A stretch of 54,142 bases of DNA from Gammaproteobacteria bacterium. GTDB lineage: Bacteria; Pseudomonadota; Gammaproteobacteria; Eutrophobiales; Eutrophobiaceae. The translations under genes were made by a program, and so were the position numbers. The stretch covers positions 1-54,142 of the forward strand of contig JBCKWI010000005.1 in assembly GCA_038922795.1 (NCBI GenBank), given 5' to 3'. Of the stretch, positions 30,772-40,061 are shown piece by piece. The notes under the pieces were generated by a model that did no database searches, was not told the origin of the DNA, and saw nothing but the letters and a program-made list of their open reading frames with translations. The first letter of the stretch is position 1; each line of letters begins with the position of its first letter.

Positions 30772-31661
30772 TTATTTCTTTTCCTCTTCAAGCCGCTCCA
30801 GCCGTTGCATCAAAAATAGCAATTCATGTTCATCCTTGATTGCGCCACTCTCCAGCAAACCTCCTATCAATATTTTGGCGCTTTCAATTTCATGCATGTC
30901 TTCCAGCACATAAATAGGCATCTGCTTTACCCAGTGAGGAACATTCTCGACTGTCACGTGTCCGGCCAGCGCCTCTGCATAGCGCAGCGCCAGTGGTAGA
31001 TCATTTAATCTGTGCTTGGCCACATAAACAGCATGAGCAAGCGAAGGCCAGCGCCGGTTTGGATCCTCAAAAAACTTCTCATACACAAACTCAAGCATTT
31101 GCCTTTGCCTTGTTTCATCTGGCACCTGGCTATAGACACGGCTGGCGGCAAGCAACGGGTATTGTCCTCTCCTATCCAGCACCAGAATATTATCCAGCCA
31201 GCCTGTGACCTTGTTATAGTCAAGTTCCCGGAACGGGATGCTGATACCCGGTTGATTATCAAATGCCTGTAACCAGAGCATCAGCATTTTTGCAAGGGCA
31301 ACTGGATCACCCAAACTGGAAAGCTGTAATTGTTCTTTTGATAACGGTTCGGGCAATGGTCTTGCCGAAGGATCAAGCAACGGTCTCGCTGCGTGCCATG
31401 CAATCTGCGCAGATAGCGCAACAACAAGAATAATCAAAACCACGCGCGGGACATCTGCTACTGACCGTTCATTACTATTAGGGAACCTCTGAATAAGTCT
31501 AAAAATTCTTTGAATCGTCATTACTGGCACCCTCCGGGTATAAACTCCTGCCAGTATCCCCTTCCCCCTTCCAGGGGGAAGGTACGACTGCATGGATGCA
31601 GGCGGTGAAGATACTTATTCAGAGCTTCCTTAGTTATCCATGCAGGTAACAATAATTGCAT
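30772..31661 (-). CDS. Membrane-anchored hypothetical protein of the pilus/ABC locus, interrupted near codon 10 by a MITE
   Basis: Removing 31482-31629 plus one TTAG gives MQLLLPAWITNSNERSVADVP...; in-frame restart ATG at 31521. Confidence 0.75.
31482..31629. mobile_element. 148-bp MITE with IS5-like TIRs and TTAG TSD
   Basis: GGAACCTCTGAATAAGT / ACTTATTCAGAGCTTCC, flanked by TTAG on both sides. Confidence 0.82.
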
Positions 31662-31663
31662 TA

Positions 31664-32434
31664 TCAAAAATTCTTTCTGTAAAGGTCGAACAATGCCGCC
31701 GCGGAAAGCAAACTGACATATATCACGCTTTGTATAATGATAACGGGTAAATCGCCTGCATTTCCGGAACCGTATACCAGCCATTCCGTCCGGGTAAAAC
31801 CGGCAAGATCCGGCAAAACATACGCAATCAGATCGATAGCTTTATTCATAAACTGCTGTGACAAGGCTGTTGATTCAAGTATCGGGCTGCGACTTAAAAG
31901 CTGAATGGTACTGATACTTCTTGCCAATAGATAAAATGCTACTACGACAGTGAAGGCAGTTGTTATGTTTCCGAATGTGAAAAGACACAGCAGACAAAGC
32001 GCAATAATGATAAATAACTCACACATCAATGACACAACCCATAAAGCAACTTGGGTAAATTCAGAATAAAGCAGGAGAGGCAAACTCAGGAGAAGCGAAA
32101 AAACCACTGTCAGAAGAAAAAACCCGGAAAGCTTGCCAAGATAATAAACGTATCTGGATAAAGGCAGCGATATGATCATGTCCACTGTTTTATCATTGAA
32201 TTCCCTGACAACACTGGTAATTACAAACAGACTGATAACGAAGACAGTCGCCAGACGCATGACAAAACCCACCAGCCCTCCCTGCACCTGATGAGTTTCA
32301 GTTATGGCAAGTTCACCGGCAAACTGCCCTAGTGCAAATACACAGACTATACCAATCAAACCGAGGACAAACAGGCGGTTTTTAATCGCTTCAAGGAAAG
32401 TATATTTAGCAATCGTGATAACCGGGTGTTTCAT
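31664..32434 (-). CDS. ABC-2 type transporter permease
   Basis: IAKYTFLEAIKNR, LPLSR..Y.LGK, multiple TM segments, F.RKNF end. Confidence 0.88.
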   Translation of the reverse strand: MKHPVITIAKYTFLEAIKNRLFVLGLIGIVCVFALGQFAGELAITETHQVQGGLVGFVMRLATVFVISLFVITSVVREFNDKTVDMIISLPLSRYVYYLGKLSGFFLLTVVFSLLLSLPLLLYSEFTQVALWVVSLMCELFIIIALCLLCLFTFGNITTAFTVVVAFYLLARSISTIQLLSRSPILESTALSQQFMNKAIDLIAYVLPDLAGFTRTEWLVYGSGNAGDLPVIIIQSVIYVSLLSAAALFDLYRKNF

Positions 32435-32452
32435 AATGACATTGTATAAATG

Positions 32453-32851
32453 CTAAAGCCTCCGTGCATCAGGCAATACTGCCATCTTTCGATCAAGGGT
32501 GAGGGTCACAAGGCCGGAACGGCAGTAATCATCCGCAATAAGGCGATCAAGCAATCCACAACCAGTCCTGGTTTCAAGGATTTTGAGTACATTATTACCA
32601 TTAAGAGGAGCCACCAGCCCGCTACTAAAAACCTGGGTAAGTGCAGTGCGGGCATCTCCCCTGGATACACCATAATGGTGTTGAAGAACGATATATGCTT
32701 CACCAATGACCTGGTTTGAAACAAATGTTTCTGCATCTTCCTGTTCTATGAGAAGCGTTAACTTACGAACACTGTCTTCGAAACCTGCCTTGGGATCACC
32801 TGTAAGCAGGCGAACAAGGATAGAAGTATCAATCCCGAAGCGAGGGGTCAT
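32453..32851 (-). CDS. vapC: PIN-domain toxin VapC
   Basis: GIDTSILVR, conserved E, LLDRLI, TLD. Confidence 0.85.
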   Translation of the reverse strand: MTPRFGIDTSILVRLLTGDPKAGFEDSVRKLTLLIEQEDAETFVSNQVIGEAYIVLQHHYGVSRGDARTALTQVFSSGLVAPLNGNNVLKILETRTGCGLLDRLIADDYCRSGLVTLTLDRKMAVLPDARRL

Positions 32852-33071
32852 GCGGTTTTTTTCGGAAGGTATTCAGATTAAACCTGCCTTTACCTTTACG
32901 TATTTTATTGCGTAATGGGGCAAGGCGTGAGAGATCGATACGGCGGGGCCGGAGAATATAACCTTCTGTGCCTTCACGTAATTCAAGACTATCACCGGGT
33001 TGTACTCCAAGCGAATCCAGCACCCGGGCCGGGAAAGTGACCTGACGTTTAGCTGTAATTTTGATAATCAT
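32829..33071 (-). CDS. vapB: AbrB/MazE-family antitoxin
   Basis: KITAKRQVTFP..V.DSLGVQPGD. Confidence 0.85.
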   Translation of the reverse strand: MIIKITAKRQVTFPARVLDSLGVQPGDSLELREGTEGYILRPRRIDLSRLAPLRNKIRKGKGRFNLNTFRKKPHDPSLRD

Positions 33072-33306
33072 GGTAATACCTGCATTTCACCTTACTGAAA
33101 GGATAGTTTAGTAAGGCATATATGTCAAACCAGATGTACATCCATCCCTATTAACCCGCTGGTAAAGAAGCGGTTTTTAATCGCTTCAAGGAAAGTATAT
33201 TTAGCAATCGTGATTACGGGATATTTCATAGTAGAATGCGTTAAATTATGTTACGAGATCAATTATATACTATGGTGTCCATGTTATTCACATTCAGAGA
33301 GTATTC

Positions 33307-33477
33307 ATCCCTCCCCCTTTAAGGGGGACGACTGCATGGATGCAGGAGGTAGGATGAAGCAGGATGCCAGAGTCGAGGACGCGGTGGGGGTCAAGAATAT
33401 CAAACCCGCGGTTTTCGCCCCCATCCTGACCCCCGTATAAAGTACGGGGCAGGCTTCCCCCGTCAAGTGGGAAGGTT
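33307..33477. repeat. CCCTCCCCC-type palindromic repeat containing a 48-bp module (33329-33376)
   Basis: TCCCCCTTTAAGGGGGA[module]GG...; second arm CCCCATCCTGA...TTCCCCCGTCAAGTGGGAAG. Confidence 0.75.
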
Positions 33478-33537
33478 TTTGTTTCTTAATTTTTATGTTG
33501 AATTAACTATACATACTATTTCTTAAATTCCTGATCT

Positions 33538-35208
33538 ATGACCAGTGTAATGCAACCCATCATCAACCGGCGGGATTATTTTATTCTCGCCGCCATGCTG
33601 GGTTTCCTGCATGCCGCGCTCCTGATTGATTTTGGCAGTGCAATTTCCAGCGCCCTGCTGCTGATACATCTCGGGTTTTTCCTGCTCTGGCAACCTTTAC
33701 AAAAAAGTGAAGAAAAATATGCCTGGTATAATGGCATCATTTTCATAGGGCTAATGCTGGCGTTTGCCTATTGGGTCAACTGGTGGTTGATCTTTGCGTG
33801 GCTGATTTTGCTGATAGGGATAGCCGGTGGCCGGGTTGTTATCAACCGGACGGAAAGGTATGTTCTCTTTCTGGCCATGATTTTCCTCGTCTCTGAATTG
33901 TTAATTATTGCTATTCCCAGCCTGTTTACTGTCGTTTACGGTAATCCGGTTTTTAATCCTCTTAAATACGCCATCATTTTCATCCCATTGGCATTGCCAC
34001 TCTTTCCACGTCCTTATGCAAGGAAAACGGAATTGTCCGTTGATTTGTTACATGCCATCACGGCCTCGCTGCTGGTAGGCCTCCTTGCACTTGGCAGTCT
34101 GGTCATTATGTATCACAGCGGCACGGATTATTTCACTTCCCTGATTTATTCCCTCCTCGCGATCGGCACCGGCCTGCTATTGATCAGCTGGCTGTTATCA
34201 GCGCATACAGGTTTCGGGATGTTGTCCCAGCTATGGTCCAGATCGCTGTTGAATATCGGCACCCCCTTTGAACAATGGCTTGCGGAGTTATCCGCTCTTA
34301 AAGATCAACACGAATCTCCGGCAGATTTTCTGGAAGCCGCCATTGAAAAACTTGCCGCCCTGCCCTGGATATCCGGTGTTAAATGGCATATATCCGATCA
34401 ACTGAATATTCATGGAATCAAGACCAGCCATGCAATCAAACTCAGCATCAAAACATACCCTGTCACCCTTTATACCCGCGTCCCCGTTGGTGGCGCGCTA
34501 TTGTTACACTGCAAACTACTCATGAAACTGATTGAATATTTCTATATGGCCAAGGTGAATGAGCGTGAACTGGCGAACCGGGCACATCTGCAGGCCATAT
34601 TCGAGACCGGTGCCCGTATCACACACGATATTAAAAACCTTCTGCAATCCATGCATTCCATGGTCACCATACTGCAGGCGGACACGACTGAGACAGACTC
34701 AAAGTCTGTTCTTATCCTTAAAAAACAATTCCCCTATTTTATCCAGCGCCTCGAACAGGCCATGGATAAACTCCAGACGCCGCAGCAGTTCAGCAAGGAA
34801 GAGATCTATCTGATGGACTGGTGGGGGGAATTAAATGCACACTACAAGGACTACCATATTGATTTCCATGCGGAGATAGACAGCAATCCATTGATCCCGT
34901 TTGACCTGTTTAACAGTATCACGGGAAACCTGCTCGAAAATGCCATCACAAAACGCAAAGGCGAGCCTGATATCAGGATCTCCGCAAAAATAAATATCAA
35001 GGGTGACGCGATCAGCTTGATAGTTTCTGATACCGGCAAGGCCATCGATGAAAAAACTGCCGCCATGTTATTCAAGGAATCTCTGAAATCAGATAACGGC
35101 CTCGGTATAGGTCTGCTTCAGGCTGCCAAGCAGGCCGAATCCATGGGTTACACACTCAGCCTGAAATATAATTTCACCGGTAATGTGTGTTTTGAGTTAC
35201 ACAATTAG
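33538..35208 (+). CDS. Membrane sensor histidine kinase
   Basis: Many TM segments; THDIKN, NLLENA, DTG, GLGIGL. Confidence 0.9.
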   Translation: MTSVMQPIINRRDYFILAAMLGFLHAALLIDFGSAISSALLLIHLGFFLLWQPLQKSEEKYAWYNGIIFIGLMLAFAYWVNWWLIFAWLILLIGIAGGRVVINRTERYVLFLAMIFLVSELLIIAIPSLFTVVYGNPVFNPLKYAIIFIPLALPLFPRPYARKTELSVDLLHAITASLLVGLLALGSLVIMYHSGTDYFTSLIYSLLAIGTGLLLISWLLSAHTGFGMLSQLWSRSLLNIGTPFEQWLAELSALKDQHESPADFLEAAIEKLAALPWISGVKWHISDQLNIHGIKTSHAIKLSIKTYPVTLYTRVPVGGALLLHCKLLMKLIEYFYMAKVNERELANRAHLQAIFETGARITHDIKNLLQSMHSMVTILQADTTETDSKSVLILKKQFPYFIQRLEQAMDKLQTPQQFSKEEIYLMDWWGELNAHYKDYHIDFHAEIDSNPLIPFDLFNSITGNLLENAITKRKGEPDIRISAKINIKGDAISLIVSDTGKAIDEKTAAMLFKESLKSDNGLGIGLLQAAKQAESMGYTLSLKYNFTGNVCFELHN

Positions 35209-35244
35209 CATGATCATAATACCATAACCTGCATAACATACCTT

Positions 35245-35541
35245 TCAAAGATTCTTTAACTGTTCAGGTAACAGGCGTGCACTATGGCGTATTGTCAAAA
35301 TATCTATTCGATCAGGAAGGATACGGTAGATAATCCGATACCGGCCCTCGTATATTTCCCGAATATCGTCCCGTTGATATTTAGACACTTGTTTTCCACT
35401 ACGTGGATGCTCTGCTAGCACCTGCACTCTACGGGTTATTCAATCAATAAAACGTAAAGCATTAGAGGGTTGATCTTCTGCTATGTAATTATAGAGTTGT
35501 TGTAATCAATACCGGCTCTTATGCGTCCAATTGACCTTCAT
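35245..35541 (-). pseudogene. RelE/ParE toxin with two in-frame TGA codons
   Basis: MKVNWTHKSRY*LQQLYNYIAEDQPSNALRFID*ITRR...YRIIYRI...ILTIRHSAR. Confidence 0.85.
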
Positions 35542-35732
35542 TCAGGTAAACCAAACTGCTGACGCACAGTTGTATTATCTACAACCCGGCCTGCATCACT
35601 ATCTTCCAATCCTTCCTCAATATCTTGCATAACTGAAAGTTCATAAATCAGGTCTTTCCAGCTCGCTTCATCCGGTAATTGGTCTATCAACTGATGTGCC
35701 GCTTGTTTAATTGTATGGGTTGGCGTACTCAT
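35538..35732 (-). CDS. Antitoxin upstream of the RelE/ParE toxin
   Basis: LIDQLPDEASW..L.Y.L...IEEGL.D..AGRV; ATGA overlap with the toxin. Confidence 0.8.
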   Translation of the reverse strand: MSTPTHTIKQAAHQLIDQLPDEASWKDLIYELSVMQDIEEGLEDSDAGRVVDNTTVRQQFGLPE

Positions 35733-35762
35733 CTCAAACCTCATCTGGTTTTACTGTTTATA

Positions 35763-35938
35763 GAACCTATCTTAAAATTGATTTTCTGCTTTTTTGACAG
35801 AATCAATAACCGATGACACCTTCCCCCTGGCAGGGGGAAGGCCGGGATGGGGGTTGAGTTTCAGCCATGTTTTATATTTCACCCCCACCTCAATCCTCCC
35901 CCTTCAAGGGGGAGGAAGTTTAATTTTGAGATAGGTTC
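35763..35938. mobile_element. 176-bp MITE (GAACCTATCTYAAAATT TIR, TA flanks), empty form
   Basis: Homologue of 44456-44679 lacking the 48-bp insert. Confidence 0.85.
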
Positions 35939-36220
35939 TACAATATTTTACACTATCTCACTGCTCTACACAGGTCCATGTGCATATCTTTTATATTCGT
36001 CATATGGCAACTGGCCTATCTTAACAAGGGAAAAGGTTATTCTTGAATTGATGGAACCTTATAGTCAAACCCAAGTAGTCCTTTGGGTTACACACTCAGC
36101 CTGAAATATAATTTCACCGGTAATGTGTGTTTTGAGTTAAGAAAATTAAATGACTATTGAAGCGTTACCAGATGGGCGCTATCCTTCACGTATTGATTTA
36201 ATCTTTAATAACCTACAGCC

Positions 36221-36511
36221 ATGAAACCTTCAAATTCACTCAAGCAACACAGGGCAGCTATCCGGCAAATCATTAAACGCCACCATGCAGATAACGCCAG
36301 AATCTTTGGCTCAGTTCTAAAGGGTAATGATAAAGAGGGGAGTGATCTGGATATTATTGTTGATCCAACCCCCTTAACCACGCTAATGGACATAGGTGCT
36401 ATGCGCATCGAGTTACGTAACCTTCTTGGTGTTGAGGTCGATGTATTGACTCCAAATTCTCTCCCCGGCCACTTTCGTGAACAGTTGCTCCGGGACGCAC
36501 AACCTGTATGA
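36221..36511 (+). CDS. Minimal nucleotidyltransferase antitoxin (MntA-like)
   Basis: IFGS..KG.D..GSDLDI, VDVLT. Confidence 0.9.
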   Translation: MKPSNSLKQHRAAIRQIIKRHHADNARIFGSVLKGNDKEGSDLDIIVDPTPLTTLMDIGAMRIELRNLLGVEVDVLTPNSLPGHFREQLLRDAQPV

Positions 36512-36870
36512 ATTCTGAAGAGCGCGCCAGACTTAAAGATTACCTGGGCCACATACTTCTCGCAATTGACCGCATTAATCTGTATATCGATGAGATGAAC
36601 GAAATAGCATTTACTCAGGATCAGCGTACCCAAGATGCTGTAATCTGTAATTTTTAGATTATAGGTGAAGCCTCAAGAAACATAACAAAACACTATCCTG
36701 AATATGCAGCAAAGAACTCACATGTGCCGTGGGACATTGCATATGAAATGAGGAATGTTCTGTCACATGGTTATTTCGGAGTTGATATCGGTATTGTCTG
36801 GAAAACGATTGAAAATGATCTGCCTATACTTAAAGCTCAAATAAACGGATTATTACAAACAACCAACTGA
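36508..36870 (+). pseudogene. HEPN/DUF86 toxin (HepT-like) with an internal TAG at codon 50
   Basis: DAVICNF*IIGEA (usually DAVIRNFEIIGEA); RNVLSHGYF motif; TAG at 36655-36657. Confidence 0.88.
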
Positions 36871-36877
36871 AAACAGC

Positions 36878-37120
36878 ATGGCTGCATTGAATTATCTCTC
36901 TATAAATGACGAATTTACCCCGTTTGTATTGAGCGAATACATCAAGAACCCGGTTCGGGTTATGCGCATCGAAGCTGGCCTGAACCAGGCACAACTTGCA
37001 CGCCGCTTAGGTGTCACACAAGGTTATATCAGCCGGATCGAAGGCCGCAATTATCCTGTAAGTGAAAAATTGCTTAAACGGGTAAACGATGTTCTGAAAG
37101 TTGCTCGTAAAAAGAAATAA
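36878..37120 (+). CDS. Xre-family HTH protein (orphan antitoxin-like)
   Basis: R.EAGLNQAQLARRLGVTQGYISRIE. Confidence 0.8.
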   Translation: MAALNYLSINDEFTPFVLSEYIKNPVRVMRIEAGLNQAQLARRLGVTQGYISRIEGRNYPVSEKLLKRVNDVLKVARKKK

Positions 37121-37278
37121 TACTGCCAGGCCATAAATCAGTTCGGCAAAATCCAATGATTTTCCCTGAAATATAATTTCACCGGTAATGTGTGTTTTGA
37201 GTTACACAATTAGACAAGACAATAATATCGATCCTGTCATTTCGAGTGAATACGAGAAATTTTATTATAAAATGAATA

Positions 37279-38007
37279 TCAGGGAAGGATTCCTGCATTC
37301 AGCATCTTGGTCCTGAGAATATGCGGTGAGATCCAAATCATAAGATCATCAATATCAAAGCTGTAATCCCTATACACAAAATATTCATCATCATTAAGAT
37401 TTTCTGCTTCATCTGTGGATGGCGCTTCAGCCCAGTCCTTTCCGTATGATACAACAATTGCGGGAATTTCTGTAGCAAGATTTGATCCGCCAGCACTATT
37501 CAGAACAACAATGTCACCATCCGAACATAATGCAAATGAAACATTCAGTGTAGTGTCAGAACATGAAGGAGGATTATTGGCACCATCTGTATTATCACCA
37601 AATGTTGTAGTAACACGGTAAGTGAATCTCTGCCCCCATGCATCATGTTCCTTAACCCCTAATATTACCCAGGGAAGATTCCCCATTGCTGTGGCACAAC
37701 TAGCGCCACCCAGTATATCTTCAACGCCATCATTTGCCGTCATGGTCGCACAATCACCCGCATTGTCCCTGCAATCCGGGCATGGCAGGCGATACTTATT
37801 GAGCACATTATTTTGATTGAACATGAAACCGAATAACACCTCTTTGATCTCATCCAGTTGGGCCTGTGTTTGCTCCCGTTGCCTCTGCTCTATCTGAGTT
37901 GTCAAGGGTGGCAATATAGCGCCCAAAAGTAGTGCGAGAATAAATAACACTATCGCTAACTCGATCAGTGTAAAACCACTGTGATATTGAATTTTCATTT
38001 CGGTCAT
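37279..38007 (-). CDS. Minor prepilin-like protein
   Basis: HSG/FTLIELAIVLFILALL; LPCPD, DAWG. Confidence 0.88.
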   Translation of the reverse strand: MTEMKIQYHSGFTLIELAIVLFILALLLGAILPPLTTQIEQRQREQTQAQLDEIKEVLFGFMFNQNNVLNKYRLPCPDCRDNAGDCATMTANDGVEDILGGASCATAMGNLPWVILGVKEHDAWGQRFTYRVTTTFGDNTDGANNPPSCSDTTLNVSFALCSDGDIVVLNSAGGSNLATEIPAIVVSYGKDWAEAPSTDEAENLNDDEYFVYRDYSFDIDDLMIWISPHILRTKMLNAGILP

Positions 38008-38012
38008 TGAAA

Positions 38013-39893
38013 TTATGGTGTGGCAAGAACTTTTATCTGATCATTAAATATTGAGCTTGCTTTACCTTTTTCAAATATTTCATTATCAGGGGGAGTAATA
38101 ATTGAATTCATTCCCTCGAAATAACTCAACAAATCACCCGGCGCTGCTGTTCTGTCCTGCTCAATACCTTCAGCTGGATTATTAATGGCCGCCCCGGCAA
38201 TAATCACCAAGCCGCGATTATTATTCTCCGGGTTACCTGCGCCATCCAATACAAGGCAATCAGTTCCACTCGTACACACTGTCGCACTTCCGGGAGGACT
38301 CTCTGATTCCGGATAAGCTACATAAATCAATTTATGCCAGTCATTTTTTACAAACCAATCGGGTATTTCGCCATCATCAATATTAATATCGTATTGAATT
38401 GAGCCGACACTAATATTGCCATCCAGAATCTCTCCGATGCTCAAGACAAGTGTACTGGCACGCTGTCCATCATAAAGAACAGGATTGAACCATGCAGCAA
38501 ATGCTGCCAGTCCTGAGTCATAAGTGTCTGAAAGCTGAACGCTAACATTCTCTACATTGTTGTTTGATATATCCAGAGTCCTCGCTCTTGATGAAGTTGA
38601 TTCAGGATTCGCAATAATTGCATCATCAATATCTGTATATTCAAATGTGATGCTGTATGTTCTGCTGACGTTATATGTAATATCAATATCCTCTCCAAAT
38701 AAATTATGGGTTCTGGTGTAAGCTGTGGTTATCGTTTTCGTTCCATTGCATTTCATATAATTTTTTGGTTCAACATCTACCGTATTTGTCCATTCACACT
38801 GTCCAACAGCTTTGGCAATTTGAATCGGGCCATTAAGAACGCCAAAAATAGAATCCGTGCAATCATCTGATCTCATACAATTTTCGTCCGGATCAGGAGT
38901 ATCGGGGTTGCCTGAAGTGGTCAAAGTACCGTTATTTATATCCCATGCAACAGACTGTTCTGTATCAAATGGATTCCTGTTATTTGAACCATCAGGAAGG
39001 TCTTCCAGAAAATGATAAGGCAAATGTCCCTGCCATGTATTTATCACTGTCTTGAATGCAGATGTGGATGGATCAGAAAACGGACTCAGCCAGGGATAAG
39101 CATCATAATCAGTTTGATATTTTCTCAATGCCTGTGCCACTTCTCCCAATACGCGTTTTTCAACCGCCTGCATTAATTCGTCTTTGGTCAGCAGAATATA
39201 ATTATCCGTATTACTTGTTTGAATAACCTTGTTACCACTACTGAAAACAGCTTCGATATAATTTGTATGGTCATTAGGCCCAGCATCCCTGTTCTGATTA
39301 TTTTGCGGGACTCCTGGAGCAAAGATAATGGCTGCTATATCGGCCATGCCATTTACTTCAAGATTGCCGGTAGAATCACTGACAGTTTCGCTATTTTGAC
39401 GCGCCAGTTTTTTGGGATTATTCCTGAAATTATCTGCTACCACATACCACAAACGCTCACCATGACTGTCCTTAATGTCCTCAGCTTCTAGCGTTTTATA
39501 TGGAAACCTGCCAATAGAAGTTCCTCCACTCAATGAACAGCTGCCGCCAGCAGAACCATTATTGTTTATGTCTGCGCATGGTAAATAACCCGGTCCATCA
39601 ATCGGATCAGTTCCTGATTTGGCATCAATTTCCGGGAACATGACTGCATAACCAATTAACGCCTGCTTGGCCTGATTAAGAGCCATTCTTGTCCGTTCTT
39701 CACCACCCACCCTGATTAAATTTGCATTGAGCTTATTAACGAGCAGGTAAGATGTGCCGACTATCAGAACCAGCATAAAAGCCAGCACTACTGCGCCTGA
39801 TTGCTGTTTTTGCGAATCATGATTAAACACAAGATTTCTCGCTTCACTCGAAATGACAGAGGAAAGAAAGATTCCTCGGTCTCTGTTCGACAA
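38013..39893 (-). CDS. Large PilX-like pilin/adhesin; start uncertain because of repeat insertions
   Basis: KQQSG/AVVLAFMLVL; AL.QAKQALIGYA, PGYLPCAD. Confidence 0.8.
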   Translation of the reverse strand: MSNRDRGIFLSSVISSEARNLVFNHDSQKQQSGAVVLAFMLVLIVGTSYLLVNKLNANLIRVGGEERTRMALNQAKQALIGYAVMFPEIDAKSGTDPIDGPGYLPCADINNNGSAGGSCSLSGGTSIGRFPYKTLEAEDIKDSHGERLWYVVADNFRNNPKKLARQNSETVSDSTGNLEVNGMADIAAIIFAPGVPQNNQNRDAGPNDHTNYIEAVFSSGNKVIQTSNTDNYILLTKDELMQAVEKRVLGEVAQALRKYQTDYDAYPWLSPFSDPSTSAFKTVINTWQGHLPYHFLEDLPDGSNNRNPFDTEQSVAWDINNGTLTTSGNPDTPDPDENCMRSDDCTDSIFGVLNGPIQIAKAVGQCEWTNTVDVEPKNYMKCNGTKTITTAYTRTHNLFGEDIDITYNVSRTYSITFEYTDIDDAIIANPESTSSRARTLDISNNNVENVSVQLSDTYDSGLAAFAAWFNPVLYDGQRASTLVLSIGEILDGNISVGSIQYDINIDDGEIPDWFVKNDWHKLIYVAYPESESPPGSATVCTSGTDCLVLDGAGNPENNNRGLVIIAGAAINNPAEGIEQDRTAAPGDLLSYFEGMNSIITPPDNEIFEKGKASSIFNDQIKVLATP

Positions 39894-40019
39894 TATGTTC
39901 CCGACATTGTCTCGGTCTCTGTTCCAGACTCGACTCTACCGATTTCATCCCTGTAATCGTACCACCTACATCCTTGTAGGCGTCCAGACGCGACTCTACC
40001 TCCGGCATCCATGCAGTCG
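39876..40019. mobile_element. Triple-nested 48-bp modules (3 x 48 = 144 bp) inside a REP
   Basis: Outer 39876-39886 + 39983-40019; middle 39887-39911 + 39960-39982; inner 39912-39959. Confidence 0.85.
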
Positions 40020-40061
40020 TCACATTTGCTCGAAATGACAGCTTAAATAATTCAGGCATGT

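Larger units (their letters stand above)
32375..33230. mobile_element. vapBC cassette bounded by 61-bp direct repeats of the permease 5' end
   Basis: 32375-32435 vs 33170-33230: 45 bp identical, then 4 mismatches. Confidence 0.8.
35144..37213. repeat. Three direct copies of the histidine kinase 3' end delimiting two TA cassettes
   Basis: 35144-35199 = 36084-36139 (56 bp); 35160-35208 = 37165-37213 (49 bp). Confidence 0.9.

Noticed and set aside
35245-35541. TGA recoding (alternative code or selenocysteine)
   Set aside because: TGA ends ordinary genes here (argH, asmA); point mutation from CGA is simpler.
35144-37213. CRISPR array from the three direct repeats
   Set aside because: Spacers are ~0.9-1 kb and contain genes; the repeat is the kinase coding end; no cas genes.
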